From assembly GCF_036321535.1 (NCBI RefSeq), contig NC_087436.1, forward strand, positions 17,918,001 through 17,982,000: DNA of 64,000 bases, written 5' to 3'. The DNA is from Camelus dromedarius. Its lineage: Eukaryota. The position numbers and the translations under genes are program-made. Below the pieces are notes generated by a model. It was given only the letters and a program-made list of their open reading frames with translations. It searched no databases and was not told where the DNA came from. Shown in pieces: positions 24,991 to 38,449 of the stretch (positions are counted from its first letter, which is position 1; each line of letters opens with the position of its first letter).

Positions 24991-25765
24991 TTTGAGAAAG
25001 TTAATAGGGAAAAAAGGTGCAAATGTTGATTTTACTCACAGTGGGTGCATTTAGTGAGGCCAGCATATCTTGGAAGAACAGTGGTTTTATTGAGAAGGGA
25101 ATGAAGAATCATGGGGAAATTAAGAATAGATGTGTATCATTTTAGAACTGAAAGAATTTTATGGATGATCTGAGTCAGCGGTTTTAGAGTGGTGAGCAGG
25201 CTCGACCCAGGAGAGGCTGTGTCGGGATAAAGGGGTGAGAGGAGGTGTAGCTTGGAAGCAGTGGAGATGTTTTTTTCTATTTTTAAATTTGTTTTCAGTC
25301 GTGATATCTATTTGGAATTCCAAATAGTATTAAGTAGGCATTTAGGGAATGGGATGAGAAGCATGGACTCATAAAAGGTGAAAAACTTTAAAGTCTAAAA
25401 TAATATGCCAATTGGAAGGCAATGTAAGAAGAATCTGGAAATTAGTAGTCAAGTCAACATAAAATGCAGGAAAAATAATTACAGTGATTAATTGATAAAT
25501 GGCCATTTTAGAAACCTTTTATTCTTCTAGCTTAAGTGTGCTTTTCAGTCCGTTTTCTTACTTGACTGCCTGGCAGATTCTGACCCTGTCATCCACTCAC
25601 CACCTGTGCATTTCTTGTCTCCTGGGACACCACGTTAGCCAGCTTTTCTAGCTGAATCCTCATCACACCCATCCCACGTGTGTTGAGACCTGCAGCTTCA
25701 TCAGAGACCAAACTCTCACTCATGCCCTTCTTTACTTTCTCAAACTTGTTACTTATTGTCTGTAT

Positions 25766-26192
25766 CAGTGCTGCCCATGGAAATGTAAATCACAACGGGA
25801 ACCTCACATGTAACTTTGCATTTGCTAGTAGTCACGCTATCGAAGTGAAAAGAAACAGAAAAAAATCCATGTTAATAATGTTTTCTTTAAACTGATCAAA
25901 AATTCAGATATATGTATGTATGTCTGTGTATAATAACTGAATTGCTTTGCTGTACACCTGAAATGAGCATTGTGAATCAGCTACACTTCAATTAAAAAAT
26001 AAAATTAAAAAGATTATTTCAACGTATTAGCCACACAATAATTATTAATGATACCCTGCATTCCTTTTTCATATAGATTTCTTGGAAATCTAGCATGGAT
26101 TTTAAATAGCCCACATCTCAGTTCGGCCTCACCGTCTCCCAGGTGCTCCTTAGACACTTGTGGGTAGTGGCTGCCATGCTGGACCCTGCAGG
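25766..26192. mobile_element. MER33-like hAT-Charlie transposon interrupted by a short L1 tail
   Basis: Start 'cagtgctgcccatggaaatgtaa' and end 'gtgggtagtggctgccatgctggaccctgcag' resemble MER33/MER3 termini. Confidence 0.7.
25905..26012 (+). mobile_element. Very short L1 3' end
   Basis: 'ataactgaattgctttgctgtacacctgaaa...tgtgaatcagctacacttcaattaaaaaataaa'. Confidence 0.8.
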
Positions 26193-26194
26193 TC

Positions 26195-27010
26195 TGTGTG
26201 CTCACAAATGCCAAATCCTCATCTTTAGCCCACAGCTTTCACTGGGCTCTAAACCCATTAACCAGTTGCTTAGGAAACACATTGGACTCAGCCTGCCATC
26301 TGCCCTTCCTCACCCCGCCACTGCTCTGCCTCCCATGTTCACGTCCATGAAGACACCTTCTTCTACCAAGTCACCCACCTCAGAATCTCATGCATCTTCT
26401 TTGACACTGCTCTCGCCTTCAGCCACCCATCTAATCCTGCCGTCTGTGACAACCAGACGTCTTTGAGTCTATTTGCTCTTCATCATCATCACCGGTGGCT
26501 TGGACCACGTAACCATCATTTCCTGTCTGGGCTTGAGTAATAGCCTCCTGTCTGGTCCTCCTGCTGCCCCTCTGGCCATGACAGTGTTTCCCACAGTTCC
26601 CACATGATTCCAATGGTCCCTCCACAGTTTCAGATCTTTCGGTAGTTTCCCTTGCCCTTGAAATCAAATCCAAGCATTTTTATTGTGTCCATCAAGGTCA
26701 CTTCCTGCCTTCCTTTCCAGGCTTCATGCCCCTCTGCCTCCACCTCAGCCATCCTGATCCTCTTATGTAATTAACTTTAATTTCTCCTTCAGACGGATTT
26801 GGTGGAGAAGTCTTTCCCTGCCTCAGGCCTCAGTCTCTCATTAACATCCCCATGGCTCTTAGGTTGTTTATAAATTCTTGTGTTTCATCTTCCCGACTGG
26901 ACTCTAAGCTCCAGGAAAGGTCTAGGGACTAGGTCTGCCGTTGCTCTGCTGTATGTGTAGCGTGTAGTAAGATACCTGGCATTCAGTGAGCACTTCATGA
27001 AACAAATGAA
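26195..27010. mobile_element. L2 LINE fragment
   Basis: 'aaccatcatttcctgtctgggcttgagtaatagcctcctgtctggtcctcctgct' and terminal 'cctggcattcagtgagcacttcatgaaacaaatgaa'. Confidence 0.75.
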
Positions 27011-27011
27011 C

Positions 27012-27320
27012 AAATATAACAAAACAGAGACTGACAGATACAGAGAACAAACTAGTGGTTACTGGAGAAGAGAGAGGTGTGGGAGATGGGATGACATAGG
27101 TGAAGGGAATTAAGAGATAGAAAGTACTAGTTATAAAATAAATTAAGTCACAGGAATGTAATATACAGTACAGGGAATAGAGTCAGCCTTCTGTAATAAC
27201 TTTGTGTCTATATATTTTACAATAACTTTGTGCAGCTTATAAAATACCATGTCACTGTGTTGTATACCTGACGCTAGTATCATACTGTAAGTCAACTGTA
27301 CTTCAGTAAATTCAAAAATG
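27012..27320 (+). mobile_element. Older L1 3' end
   Basis: 'acagatacagagaacaaactagtggttactggagaagag...gtaagtcaactgtacttcagtaaa'; same type as 11937-12263. Confidence 0.85.
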
Positions 27321-28529
27321 AAAATATTTGAAAGGGTGGGTGAATGAGTGAACAAATCCAAGAAGGAGAGCACTGGTGTCCAGATTTAATTAACCTTCAC
27401 CCCGTATGTGATTTACCATTGGAACATCTCAGTCTCTGCTTGAATACGAGTGATGGAAACCGCCTAACTACATGGGCATTTCTTCCTTTGAACAAGTCAT
27501 TGTTAAAAAGCTGTTTCGTTATGTAGAGGAAAAATTTGTCTTAGGAAGGAAAGTGCTTTAAAGCATTATACCCACCCCCCAAAGAATAAAATTTATATTA
27601 TCCTAAATATTCTGTTTTGACTTGAGTGTTGCTGTTGAGTTTGGTTAATATTTGCATTATGAATTGTGAATTGTATTTTACATTGAAAAACAGAACTCTC
27701 TCTCTATATTTTATATATATATGAAATGTACATATATATTACTCTTTCAGGTGCCTGCAATGAAGAGAAATGAAATGTCAATTTATTTTCTGTCTTGTTG
27801 ACATGTCTGTGTGTATGTGTTCGTATGTGTGTGTATGTATTTTTTTCACAGGAGGGGGAAAAAGTGATCTTTCTAACTAAAAAGCATCCAGTGTTTTCCG
27901 TTAGGTCTCATTTGTTACACATTTCTGCTTTTAAATTACTTCTGAACCACAGAATCTGGCAGGCCTCATTGGAAGGCATTTGAGGATAACTACTCTATCT
28001 GGAATCTGGCCACTTACAGTATTTGAAAGCAAAGAACAAAGCAAATTGAGATTATTTCACTGAATGTTTAAAAGTTTTGGAAAGAACAATTAAAATCAAA
28101 AGGAAATCCCTCATGGGTACATGCTTTGAAAACACCAAGTTTTCTCAGTCTTTAATTTTGTGCATCTGAAAACCAACTTGAATTTGTTTGGCTTTAATCC
28201 TTGGCTAATCAGTGGAAAGTTAACTAGCAGAATTGCTAATCCTATATGGCCTTGGAATAATGTTAAAGAACAGATAGCTTAGTGGGTTAACCATTCTTCT
28301 TTCCACCCTTTGAGTCAGATGCAAATCCAGCAGAGAAGCAAATCTTGATCATGTGCATTATCCCAGTTCGTCCTCAAGAGAATTCAGATTGCATCATCTA
28401 GGTTTAGAATTTCTAAACCTCTTAATAACGTTAACCATGTTGAGCAAGAGTAGCCATGTGGACCTCACTCTAGTCACTGAGGAGCAGAGAAAAAATCTGG
28501 GCTTCGAAGGTGTTGCAGGTGCGGACTCT

Positions 28530-28745
28530 CTGCTAAGAGCACCTGACGTGTGTCAGGCGCTGACGAAGTGCCGAGCGCCGCAGTAGGGGCTGTCGGTACG
28601 TTACCACATTGAGGACAGAGAGATGTCTCCATTTTATAAATTACAGGGGTCGAGTAACTTGCCAAGTCTTCGTAGCTCCCAGTGGAGTCTGACCTCCAAT
28701 CCTGGTGTCTGGCTTTAACGCCCATGCTTTTTCCAGCCATACTGT
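28530..28745 (-). mobile_element. MIR SINE
   Basis: 'ctccattttataaattacaggggtcgagtaacttgccaag...ctggtgtctggctttaacgcccatgctttttccagccatac'. Confidence 0.65.
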
Positions 28746-29503
28746 CTCTGTGTTGTTTAGATTGCTTGAGTTATCAGCTTTGCCGTGGCTTATAATACCA
28801 AAGTTGCACTATATTATATGTAATTGTGATATTTTAACTGAACTTAATTTAAGGAACGTGTTTGAGTATTTTCAGCAAGTTTGAAAACTCTAGTTATTAA
28901 TATTTCTGAAGATCTCAACCTGCACATAGCCACTTCTGTTACTTTAAGAGAGAAGTTGGATGGAAGTTTCTTTTCCTGGTTGGAGTAAAGTCAATCCTAG
29001 GAAAAAGAATAAAGGCTTTGGAACTATTCTTTGTGAAGTTTTAAATAAAATGTGGGTCTATTGTCCTTTCCCAAGATAAAGCTTATGCCTTAGTTGGCAT
29101 TCACCAACCAATTTAAAGCTATATCAGGAATTGTCAACAACTTTAGTCCTGCTTATCATTCCTGAGGCTCAGCAAACAAGAATGCCACCAGCCTTGGAAT
29201 TTTTATAGCTGAACCAGATGCCACTCTGCAGCCTGGCTTTTTATGGAGAAATCGTAATTTAACCCACAAATTCAAAAACTTCAAAATGTCCTGAGCTCAG
29301 AAGGAGAAGACTAGTACTTAATTGTTACATTTGCTTTTGTTTTTACTGGTTTTTTTTTTTTGGAGTATGTGTTTGTGTGTGCATGGGTTTATATCCCTCA
29401 GTGACTTTCGCTCTCTAATCTGACTTTAACTTTTCTCATAGATGTCTTTAAAGTGCTACTTTGGGGGAGTTTTCTCCTTTATAGGAAGTTTTAGTCCTAG
29501 CTT

Positions 29504-29978
29504 TGTTACTGGAGGCAAGTTCACATGCCCGCCACACCATGAGGCCAAACAAACTGAAACATCAGAGTTTGAGCAGAGAAAGGTTAATTACAAGGCTGAG
29601 CAAGAAGGATGGGGTGGCCCATGCCCAAGAAAACCCCGAACTCCCAGAAGGGTTTCAGCAAAGCTTATTTAAAGGCTAGGTGAGGGAGGCAGGTCGCAGG
29701 TATGTGATCAGCTCGTGCACAATCCTCTGATTGGTTGATGTGGAGGGAACAGGGTGGTCAACACTATCAACCCCTGGGCGCCAGAAGGTCTGGGGGCCAC
29801 GTGCTCTCGATCACCAAATAGTTAATTTCTTCCTTTTGGTGATGGTTTTTAGCATCTTAAAAACTCAGGAAATATACATGAGATACTATTATCTGGGTGC
29901 TTCAGAGAGGAGCTGCAGCAGAGGGTGTGGGGGAGGGGTCTGTCCCTGGAAGTCTCCACAGGGTCCTGCTCGGTTACA
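29504..29978 (-). mobile_element. Solo LTR, ERV1 class
   Basis: TG...CA termini (tgttact...ggttaca); 4-bp flanks gctt/gttt (TSD with one mismatch); on - a CCAAT box (caaccaatcag), then TATA-like tttaaataa, then a degraded polyA signal. Confidence 0.85.
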
Positions 29979-31297
29979 GTTTCTAAATGCTTGGGTTGAC
30001 ATCGTCTCCAAGCACAGTGAGCAGTCCCGGCTTCATACAGTCCAACTCCACCCCAAACCTTGAGAATTAAAAAGAACAAATCTGGTAAAGTCCTGGTGAC
30101 CAAAAAGCATTGCCTGACGGGGTAGGGATCGGTGGGGAGAAGGCAGCCAGGACTCCCTCCTCCGTCCCCTGGACGCCCTCCTACCGCCTTGGCACTTGAA
30201 TCAGAGAGATGCACAGAGCATGAGTTTGGTCCAAGGTAAAGGGTTTAAACTCCTTTGTTACTTAGCAGTTGTCATTCAGTGACACAGAAACTGATGGAGG
30301 TGAAAGAATTGACCTGGAGATATAATAAAAAGGACTGAGGGAGTGGAAGAAAGGTGTGGGGATAAGCACTTAGCATGACAGAAAAGAGCAGAGTGCTGTT
30401 AGTTGGGCCTCAGGTCCTGCAGGTTTCGGGGTGGTGGATGGATGTCTGCTGTACGATTTCCAGACTTTGGGCTGCTTAGTATTCGTTCCTAAGTTTGATT
30501 AGGGAACGAGCCATGATATTTGATTTAATAATTACCACGGAGTCAGAGGAACTCCATTTCAGTATCAGACTACCATATTAATCTCCAAAATGGGCTCTAT
30601 TTTTCATTCCAGGAATGAGCTAAAAATCTGCCCTTGTCTTTAGTAAACTAAAGAAAGATTACTTTGTACCTGAAGCAGTTGCATTAGTGATGGATTCATT
30701 CCAAGCACTTTGAAGTTTCTCGGAGCCTTTAAAAGATGTCAGTTAACCTTATAGCAGAAGTAATTTACAGTAAAAATAACAAAATGACCGAAACAGTTTG
30801 TGGAAATCTTACTGTCATTTGCTGTTAAATGGTGAGATTTAGATAAGATGAGGTTTTTCACAGTTCTTTAATGCTACAGCATGATAATTGTATGTGTTAA
30901 TAATAAAGGTATATAGCGGGGGATTAGAAGTTTTAGTCACTGCTAATCACAGTTTAAAAAAATCCCACAGCAGGTTCAGATATGTGGGGAAGGATTATAG
31001 TGAAAGCATAGCTTAGCTCATAAGGGGCTTATTATAGATCAACAACCAGCGCCTCGTCAAGTATGAAACACAGGTGTATTTTTGGAGTTGTTTTACTTTG
31101 TGGCACGTGATACCTATCACAGTACACATATGGAGCACCTAGTGGAGAATTTTCTAATGTGCTTTTAATTGTTCAGTCTCTCACTGGTTGGTGCTCTTAC
31201 GTAGCCATGACGTTAAAGAAATGATACAATATTTCCTTATGAGCCTTTCCCTCTACCCACTTTCTCAGCTGTGATTTCTCTGGTTCATTGAAACTTT

Positions 31298-31575
31298 TTG
31301 AAAAGGGAACCCTGCTATACTGTTGGTGGGAATAAAATTTGGTGTAGCCACTATGGCAAACAGTATGGGGGAGTTCCTTAAAAAACTAAAAGAGTTATCA
31401 GATGACCCAGCAGTCCCACTTCTGTGCATATATCCGGAAAAGGGAAAAATGAAAACTCGAATTTGAAATGATACATGCACCCCAGTGTTCATAGCAGCAC
31501 TATTTACATTAGCCGAGACATGGAAGCAACCTGAATGTCCATTGATAGATGACTGGATAAAGAAGATGTGGTGTG

Positions 31576-31620
<45 letters not shown>

Positions 31621-32080
31621 GAATACTACTCAGCAATGAAAAAGAATGAAATAATGCCATTTGCAACAACATGGATGGACATAGAGATTATCATACTAAG
31701 TGAAGTAAGTCAGACAAAGACAAATAGATGATATCACTTATAAGTGGAATCTAACAAATAAGACAAATGAATCTATGTATAAAACAGGAACAGACTCACA
31801 GACACAGAAAACAAACTTATTGTTACCAAAGGGAAAAGGGAGGGGAAGGGATAAGTTAGGAGTATGGGATTGACAAACTACTAGACATGAAATAGGTAAG
31901 TAAGAAGGATTTGCTGTACAGAACAGGGAACAATATTCAGTATTTTATAATAACCTATAATGGAAAAGAATCTGAAATGTATATACATATGTGTATGTCT
32001 ATAAAAAACAGAATCACTTTGCCGTCACCTGAAACTAACACAGTATTGCACATCAACTATACTTCAACTAAAAAAAAAAG
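31298..32080 (+). mobile_element. 5'-truncated L1 (ORF2 C-terminus + 3'UTR) with internal (CA)n
   Basis: 'aaaagggaaccctgctatactgttggtgggaat...cacctgaaactaacacagtattgcacatcaactatacttcaact' plus polyA. Confidence 0.92.
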
Positions 32081-33111
32081 AAAATTCCCCTTTGCTAACT
32101 TGCACTGCAGGCTTCTTTATTGCTCTTGATGGCTCCTTGCATGTGTCACAAAGCTTGACTCTTTGGGAAGAGCTTTATTTGGTATTCACTGTAACCTTTG
32201 CTTCATATGGTTCTAAAAGCCAAATTTGGAGTTACTCGTAGTGATACAGCACACGCAGGCTTTCCTCACCTTATTCAGTTTATTTGAAATCTAAATCTTT
32301 GGCGTAAAAAAAAAGTGCAAAATTTTTAAGTGAAACAGAATACCATATGATATTGAGTAGTGAAGACTTAGAAATAATTAATTTTAAAAGCCACTTAGAA
32401 ATGTTTTACTTACTCAGCATTTTCAGTAGCTCTTCTTTTCTCCAGCCTTGGAAACTGTGCGTCTTAGAGAAAGAAAGAACCAAAACCTAGTAAGAGCAAG
32501 AGGGGCAGCATCAGTTCTTAAATGCTAACTCACTGGAAGTTCAGCAAGACGAAGCCAGGCCTGCCTGATCGCTGCAGCTCTTGGGCGCACTGGGCTGAAG
32601 GTTAATTGCTGCTGCTGACTTCCTCGACCCTGTTAGCTGAGAGGGGAAGGGTGGCACCTCCTCTTTCTTTCATCAGAATGAGCCATCCGCAGTGGCAGAG
32701 TTGACAGTAAAATCTAGTCCATCTACAGGGAAGCTTTGATCATACCTACTGGGAAGGCCTGACTGGAGTGACTGCTTATTGGAGCAAACTTGTTTGTGAT
32801 CAACTCATTAATAGCTAAAATCCTTAAACACCAGAGAGGTTTTTGTTTGTTTGTTTGTTTGTTTTTTAAGTAACTTGTTGTCTGTAGTCACACAATTCTG
32901 ATTTAAAACAAAGCTCAACCCCTTATTTCTACCATTAGGAACTATTATATGTTCAAATCTGATTTTCTGGAAAGCTTGAGTGTTTAACCCCTCAGGGAAA
33001 AAGCACAGGCCGGTTTTGGAGCTTTGAAGCCCTTCAGAGACGTAGTCTAACCTATGATGAAACATCAACTCTTAAAATAATTCTTCTCAAGTAAATTTTT
33101 TGGCTTTTAAA

Positions 33112-33470
33112 TATAATTTTTAATTGAAGTGTAGCTGATTTACAGTGTTACATTAGTTTCTGGTGTACAGCATAGTGATTCAGTTATATATATATTCTTT
33201 TTCATTTTCTTTTTCATTATAGGTCATTACAAGATACTGAATATAGTTCCCTGTTCTATGCAGTGGGACCTTGTTTATCTATTTTATTGTATCTGCTAAT
33301 GCCAAACTCCTAATTTTAGATTACACTTACATGTGGAATCTTAAAAACAATGATATAAATGAACTCATTTACAAAACGGAGAAAGACTCACAGACATAGA
33401 AAACAAACTTATGGTTACCAAAGGGGAAAGGGTGGGGAAGGGATAAATTAGGAGTTTGGGATTATCAGGT
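33112..33470 (-). mobile_element. 5'-inverted L1 3' end
   Basis: Antisense terminus at about 33112-33318, then a forward 3'UTR segment at about 33320-33470; the two overlap by about 25 nt of L1 sequence. Confidence 0.85.
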
Positions 33471-33580
33471 ATTTATAATGGCCCAGAACCTTGCACATAA
33501 TTACCTATAAATGTGAAATAGGTTTTTTTCTGGAATGTAGTGCTGACCATCATGCACCTTTGTCCTAGGAACTCAGAGCA

Positions 33581-33630
33581 GTGTGTGTGTGTGTGTGTGT
33601 GTGTGTACGCGTGCATGCGTGTGCACGTGC
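33581..33630. repeat. (GT)n grading into an alternating purine-pyrimidine tract
   Basis: 'gtgtgt...gtacgcgtgcatgcgtgtgcacgtgc'. Confidence 0.9.
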
Positions 33631-34247
33631 CTTCTATGTTATTTATAGTACTAGTCTGACCTGTTGTGCTGTGTAGAAAACTCACCAGGGCCCTTTGGTA
33701 AAATACCTTGCAGTACTCTGAGCTTTGTGGGTCACGCTGGGCAACCTGACCCTTCCCCAGGGATCTCGGGCTCTGACATTTGACTGCTGTCACTGTCACT
33801 GTCTGAGACTTCCTGTCATCTTGATGTCTTCACCATCAAGTCTGTGGTTATCAGTAGGGCTGTCTTCAGTCACCCCGTTTGTCCCAGGCTGATGATAAAA
33901 TGTGTAAAACCAGAGTAAGAAAAGTTTGAAGCGGGCGTCAGAGGTTCCCATGTAAATCTACTCTGTGAAATTGTGATGACAGTGTTTTCTGCTCAGAAGA
34001 AGCTGTTTGGCTTTTGACTGTGCGGCAAATAGACGTTTGAGGATATTTCGATTAAAGATTCTGTTGAGTTATTATCCTAGTTTGTAGGTACCTTTTCTAG
34101 CCTTAAAAAATAAGCATAAATATTAAAAGGGATAGGTAAATAAACATAATGCAATTTTTAAATTTAGAAAATATGTTTATTTTTCTGTTTCAAACACTCC
34201 AAAAGGGATGTTACTGAAAACGTTTCAGGTGATTGGAAGCACTTACA

Positions 34248-34627
34248 TCATAGGTCACAAACGCACCCATGCCCGGTTTGGCCCCGCAATGTGTTTTGTT
34301 TTGCCTCTACATTTTAAAAATTAAATTAGTCTCTAACTCTTTAAAATTGAGTTATTTTTGGTTCTTCATGGTGGGGATGGGGGACGATGGAGATCAGACT
34401 GTCTGGCACTACTAGATTTGAATTCTGCCTTGTCCAGAGCAGCTGCCTTCTTTCTATGGGACATGTATCTCTGGGTCACTTCATCTACCATCATCCCCCA
34501 TTGCTCCTTCTTGCTAAGACCCAGAGTTGGCTGCCATTCAGCAGTAGGCTTACCCTGTGCCAGCCTGACAGTTTTCCTTCTTTATTTTAACCTAACTCTT
34601 AACAACCAGTAGAGTTTTGACAACTGG
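34248..34627 (+). mobile_element. MER102-like hAT-Charlie fossil
   Basis: Start 'cataggtcacaaac...ggccccgcaatgtgttttgttttgcct' and internal 'agcagctgccttctttctatgggacatg'. Confidence 0.6.
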
Positions 34628-35689
34628 TTTTGTCATGAATAAACCAATCCCAGATAAGTCATGAGATGGCTTTCACACTGTGAGCAAAGTAAAATGTGTA
34701 GATAAGATTCCATCATTGCCACTATTAAAAAAGAAAAACATTGACGTTTTCTTTAAAAAAAAAAAACTCTTAAAAATCATATTACATTTAGCCCTTAGAT
34801 ACCCATTTTTGATTGTCAGTCTATCAAGACATTGTCTGAATGTAACACTTGGTATACCAGATGCCTTAACTTCTTAGTCTGCAATTTAATATTTCTTTTT
34901 CTCAGTTAATTGGACATTAAATATTGTAATCCAGTAAAAAGGAGCAAGTTGATAACTTAGTGTGTTTCATTCTAAGGTAGTTATTAATAACATAAGAAAC
35001 AACCTGAATTTCTAAAGAGAAAGTGATGTTTGCAAGTTGCGTGGTAGTTTTGCTGTTCTCTCAATGAAGGGAAGCTTTCCTTTTTGAGAGCAAGTCCTGT
35101 TCTTAATAATAACAGTAACAGTGGAGTCATATAATGGTGCTCATTTTGTGCCCAGGTAGTATACATATAGTATTCAATCCTCACAGTATCTCAATGAAGC
35201 TGGTTCTTACATTATTCCCAGTCCTACAGATGGGGAAAAAAAATGAGGTCCATAAAGTTTAGAAATCCAAGATATAAATCCAGGTTTTCTGTCTTTATAA
35301 GCATTGAACCACGATGATGTTTTCCAAAAACAAAAAACAGAAGGTGAATTCCCACTTGATATACTGAAATCATTGCATTATAAGTGTGTCAGTGAAAATA
35401 TTGATTATTTTTGCCTGAAATGTTAGCTTAATTTTGGAAATATAACATATATTTCTTGTCTGAAAGAGCATTGATTTTCCTTTCAGTAGTTAAAAGAAAA
35501 GGTAGTGAACATAAACATTAAACAAGTAGTGAAACCAAAGCTTTTCAGACCAAATTCCATTCTTTATAAAAACTGATAAACTATGTCTAGACTTGTTATC
35601 AGTAGCAAATCCTAATTCTTAAATACGTTTGAAAGTTCATATAAAACCTTAATAAAAAGTCCTTTCTTCTTAATGTTTCTACTTTACAG

Positions 35690-35759
35690 TGTGCGGCTTA
35701 AAATCCAATAAACCAAGCCCTAAACTGTAACTTGTATGTCCACAGGAGATATCGCAAAG
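35690..35759 (+). other. Candidate 70-nt exon (UTR-like, ends in ATG-STGDIAK)
   Basis: cttaatgtttctactttacag| ... AAG|gtagca; stops in all three frames upstream of ATG 35736. Confidence 0.25.
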
Positions 35760-36544
35760 GTAGCAATCATCAAAATAATGAGCGGAATGCCAGGTGAACC
35801 AAAAATGAATATAATTAGGTTTGAAAAGAGAGGATATTCTAATCGCATGTGTTTACTTTGAATCTTTTTCCATTTTAAAAGTATTATAACCACATTCTAG
35901 AAAAAAGAGGAACTATTCCCTCTTCCCATGCCGCTGAAGAAGAGGAAACTAGCAGGTATTGGCATTTTGATACATTTCCTCACAGGCTTTTTTCCTATGT
36001 GCTTTCAAACAGCAACAATATATAGATAAAACATCAGACTTTCACATGTTTTTTTTTTTTAATTCTGCTTTGTTTCCCATAACATACTACAAACACTTCT
36101 TGACATAATTAAATGTTTTCATACCATATTAATGGTTAAGCAACACATGGGATTCTTAATCTAAAATCTAGAGAATGCGAGAGACTTAGTTTGTTTCTTC
36201 TAAGTTCCGTAGATTCTGATGGGTCAAAGAGAGGAACGTTCAGTTCTTCAGCTGTAGCTCTCCCCTCCCAGAGCCTGGCGGAGATCCTCCAGTGTGTGTG
36301 GGGTGGGGTGGGGTCTTACCTAGCACTGTAGAGGTCCCCCAGTTATGAGTCCTTACTCCCTCTCACCGCTAATATTCCCATTACGCAAACCACCATGCTC
36401 TTGATTCAACAGTTGATGGATCTACATCCTCAGTGGGCAGGGTGGTCCTGTCAGGTCTGCAGCCTCTGGTCTTGGAGCATAGACCCATTAGACTCCCGTC
36501 AGCCTGTGCTGGCTTGGATCGGTCTCTTCTCATTGTTGTTTGTT

Positions 36545-36862
36545 TAATTTTACTTTTTATTAAAGTGTAATGGAATTACAATTTTAGTTTCATGTGTACA
36601 GCAAAGTGATTCAATTATACATACACATACACATATATTTTTCTTTTCAGATTCTTTTCCATTGTATGTTATTACAAGAAATTGAATGTAGTTCCCTGTG
36701 CTATACAGTAGATCCTCGTTGTTCATCTGTTTTGTATATAATAATGTGTATCTGTTAATCCCAAACTCTTATTTATCTCTCCCCCTACTTTCCCCTTTAT
36801 AGTAACCATAGTTTGTTTTCTATGTTCGTGAGTCTGGTTTGTAAATAGAATTTGTATCATTT
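36545..36862 (-). mobile_element. L1 3' end
   Basis: 'tgtacagcaaagtgattcaattatac...gttccctgtgctatacagtagatcc...gtaaccatagtttgttttctatg'. Confidence 0.88.
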
Positions 36863-37369
36863 GTGCTTTTTCTAAAGCAAAAAAGCTGCTCTCATTTTAG
36901 CCATCCATATTCCTGGTATTCTTCATAATTTTCCTGAAGGCTTGTATGGCCTGTGTACTAGGGTCGATTATGGCATTTAATGAGTTCACTTTTTACAGAT
37001 ACACTAATTGTTCTGTGTGTCCTCCCTTGTTTCAGCTTGACAGTTTACGTTTCTAATTGTCACACCCTATATTCTCAGCTGAAAATAAATTTAAAATTAT
37101 TTTGATTCTTAAAGTATACAATCCAAAATGGAAACCAAACATTGTTTTTTTTCATGCAGTTCTTCAAAGCCAATTTCAAAAATGAGTTAGTTGTATGGGC
37201 GTCTTAGGACCAGCCCTGAAATTACTAATTCCAACTTTTTGCTTCCTTGTGACCAGGACTGGTCCTGCAGGCAGGGTCCTGGGCACAGTGTCTCTTCTTG
37301 CAGCAGAAATATACCTGTTTCACTTTGAAACAGCTTTCACACTAATACTGCCTTGCTTTTCCTGATTTT

Positions 37370-37710
37370 ATATCAACTGGATTTAGGTTAAGCTATGTAG
37401 TTTTTTAAAAAAAAATAGTGGTTTAAATAGAATTTCTTCCATGTGAAAGAACCTGGGAGGTGGCCGTCTGGAGCTGTCGTGTGGCTCTCATCATCCTCCC
37501 AACTCTCCATCCTCCCATCACTATGGAGATTTTAAGGAGGCTCTCTGGAAGTTCCATGAAGTAGTTCAGGTTATATCTCGTTGGCCACCACTAGGTCACG
37601 TGATCACACGTGCAGAGGAGATTGGAGTGAATAGTCCTTTGGGTAGCAGTGGTACATTCAGCTTAAAATCAGTTATTTCACTAAGCTGGGAGACTAGGTA
37701 CTGGGTATCC
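37370..37710. mobile_element. Ancient MaLR LTR (MLT1J/K-like)
   Basis: 'atagtggtttaaatag...atctcgttggccaccactaggtcacgtgatcacac...ggagattggagtgaatagtc'. Confidence 0.6.
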
Positions 37711-38449
37711 ACTGATGATACAGAATGCCGCTTTTGTATCATCAGTTGATACGCTCTCTCTATATATGTATAGAGTGGATACTCTTTCTCTCTGTATACG
37801 GACCCTGAGGTTTATTTTTTATGAAAAATACTCAAAATTAAGTGCATATAGAAAAGTGAGTTTCTGTGGATTTTACTTCTACTCATGTCCAAAAAATAAA
37901 AAATAGGCAAGACAAAACAAAAACAAAATACAAACCTCTAAAAACAACAACAAAAACCCCACATACAAAAAAGATCAACCCTTTGGAAAAGAATGAAAAC
38001 TTTCTCCAAAATGGAATAAATTGATGTTCCATGAAGACCTAACACTGTATCCCACGGCGGTCTCTGCCCTCCCACTGCACCACGTGCCCTTGGGGACACC
38101 GGCAGCCCAGGGCGAACAGCGAAGCTTTAAAGTCAGATGGCGACGTTACCCTCATCTTGCTATGGATAGGTGGTGTTTTGATTAAGATAAAATGCCACAG
38201 ACATGAAGCATACTAAGGACAGTCTGCTAGCTGTTTTAATACAGGACATTTTGACACAAATGAAAAAAGCAAACAAACTTCTCAGCAATAACTACTGCTA
38301 ACAAATATTTGTGTATATTCTTCCAAACTTGGCAAGTGGGAAGGTATGTGTATCCATATAGATATCACCTAAGTGTTAAGAAAAAAAATATTTCCAGTGG
38401 AATTCTGCCTCAAAGGTTATAATGGTTTAAATATTAAAACATTAGGAAA

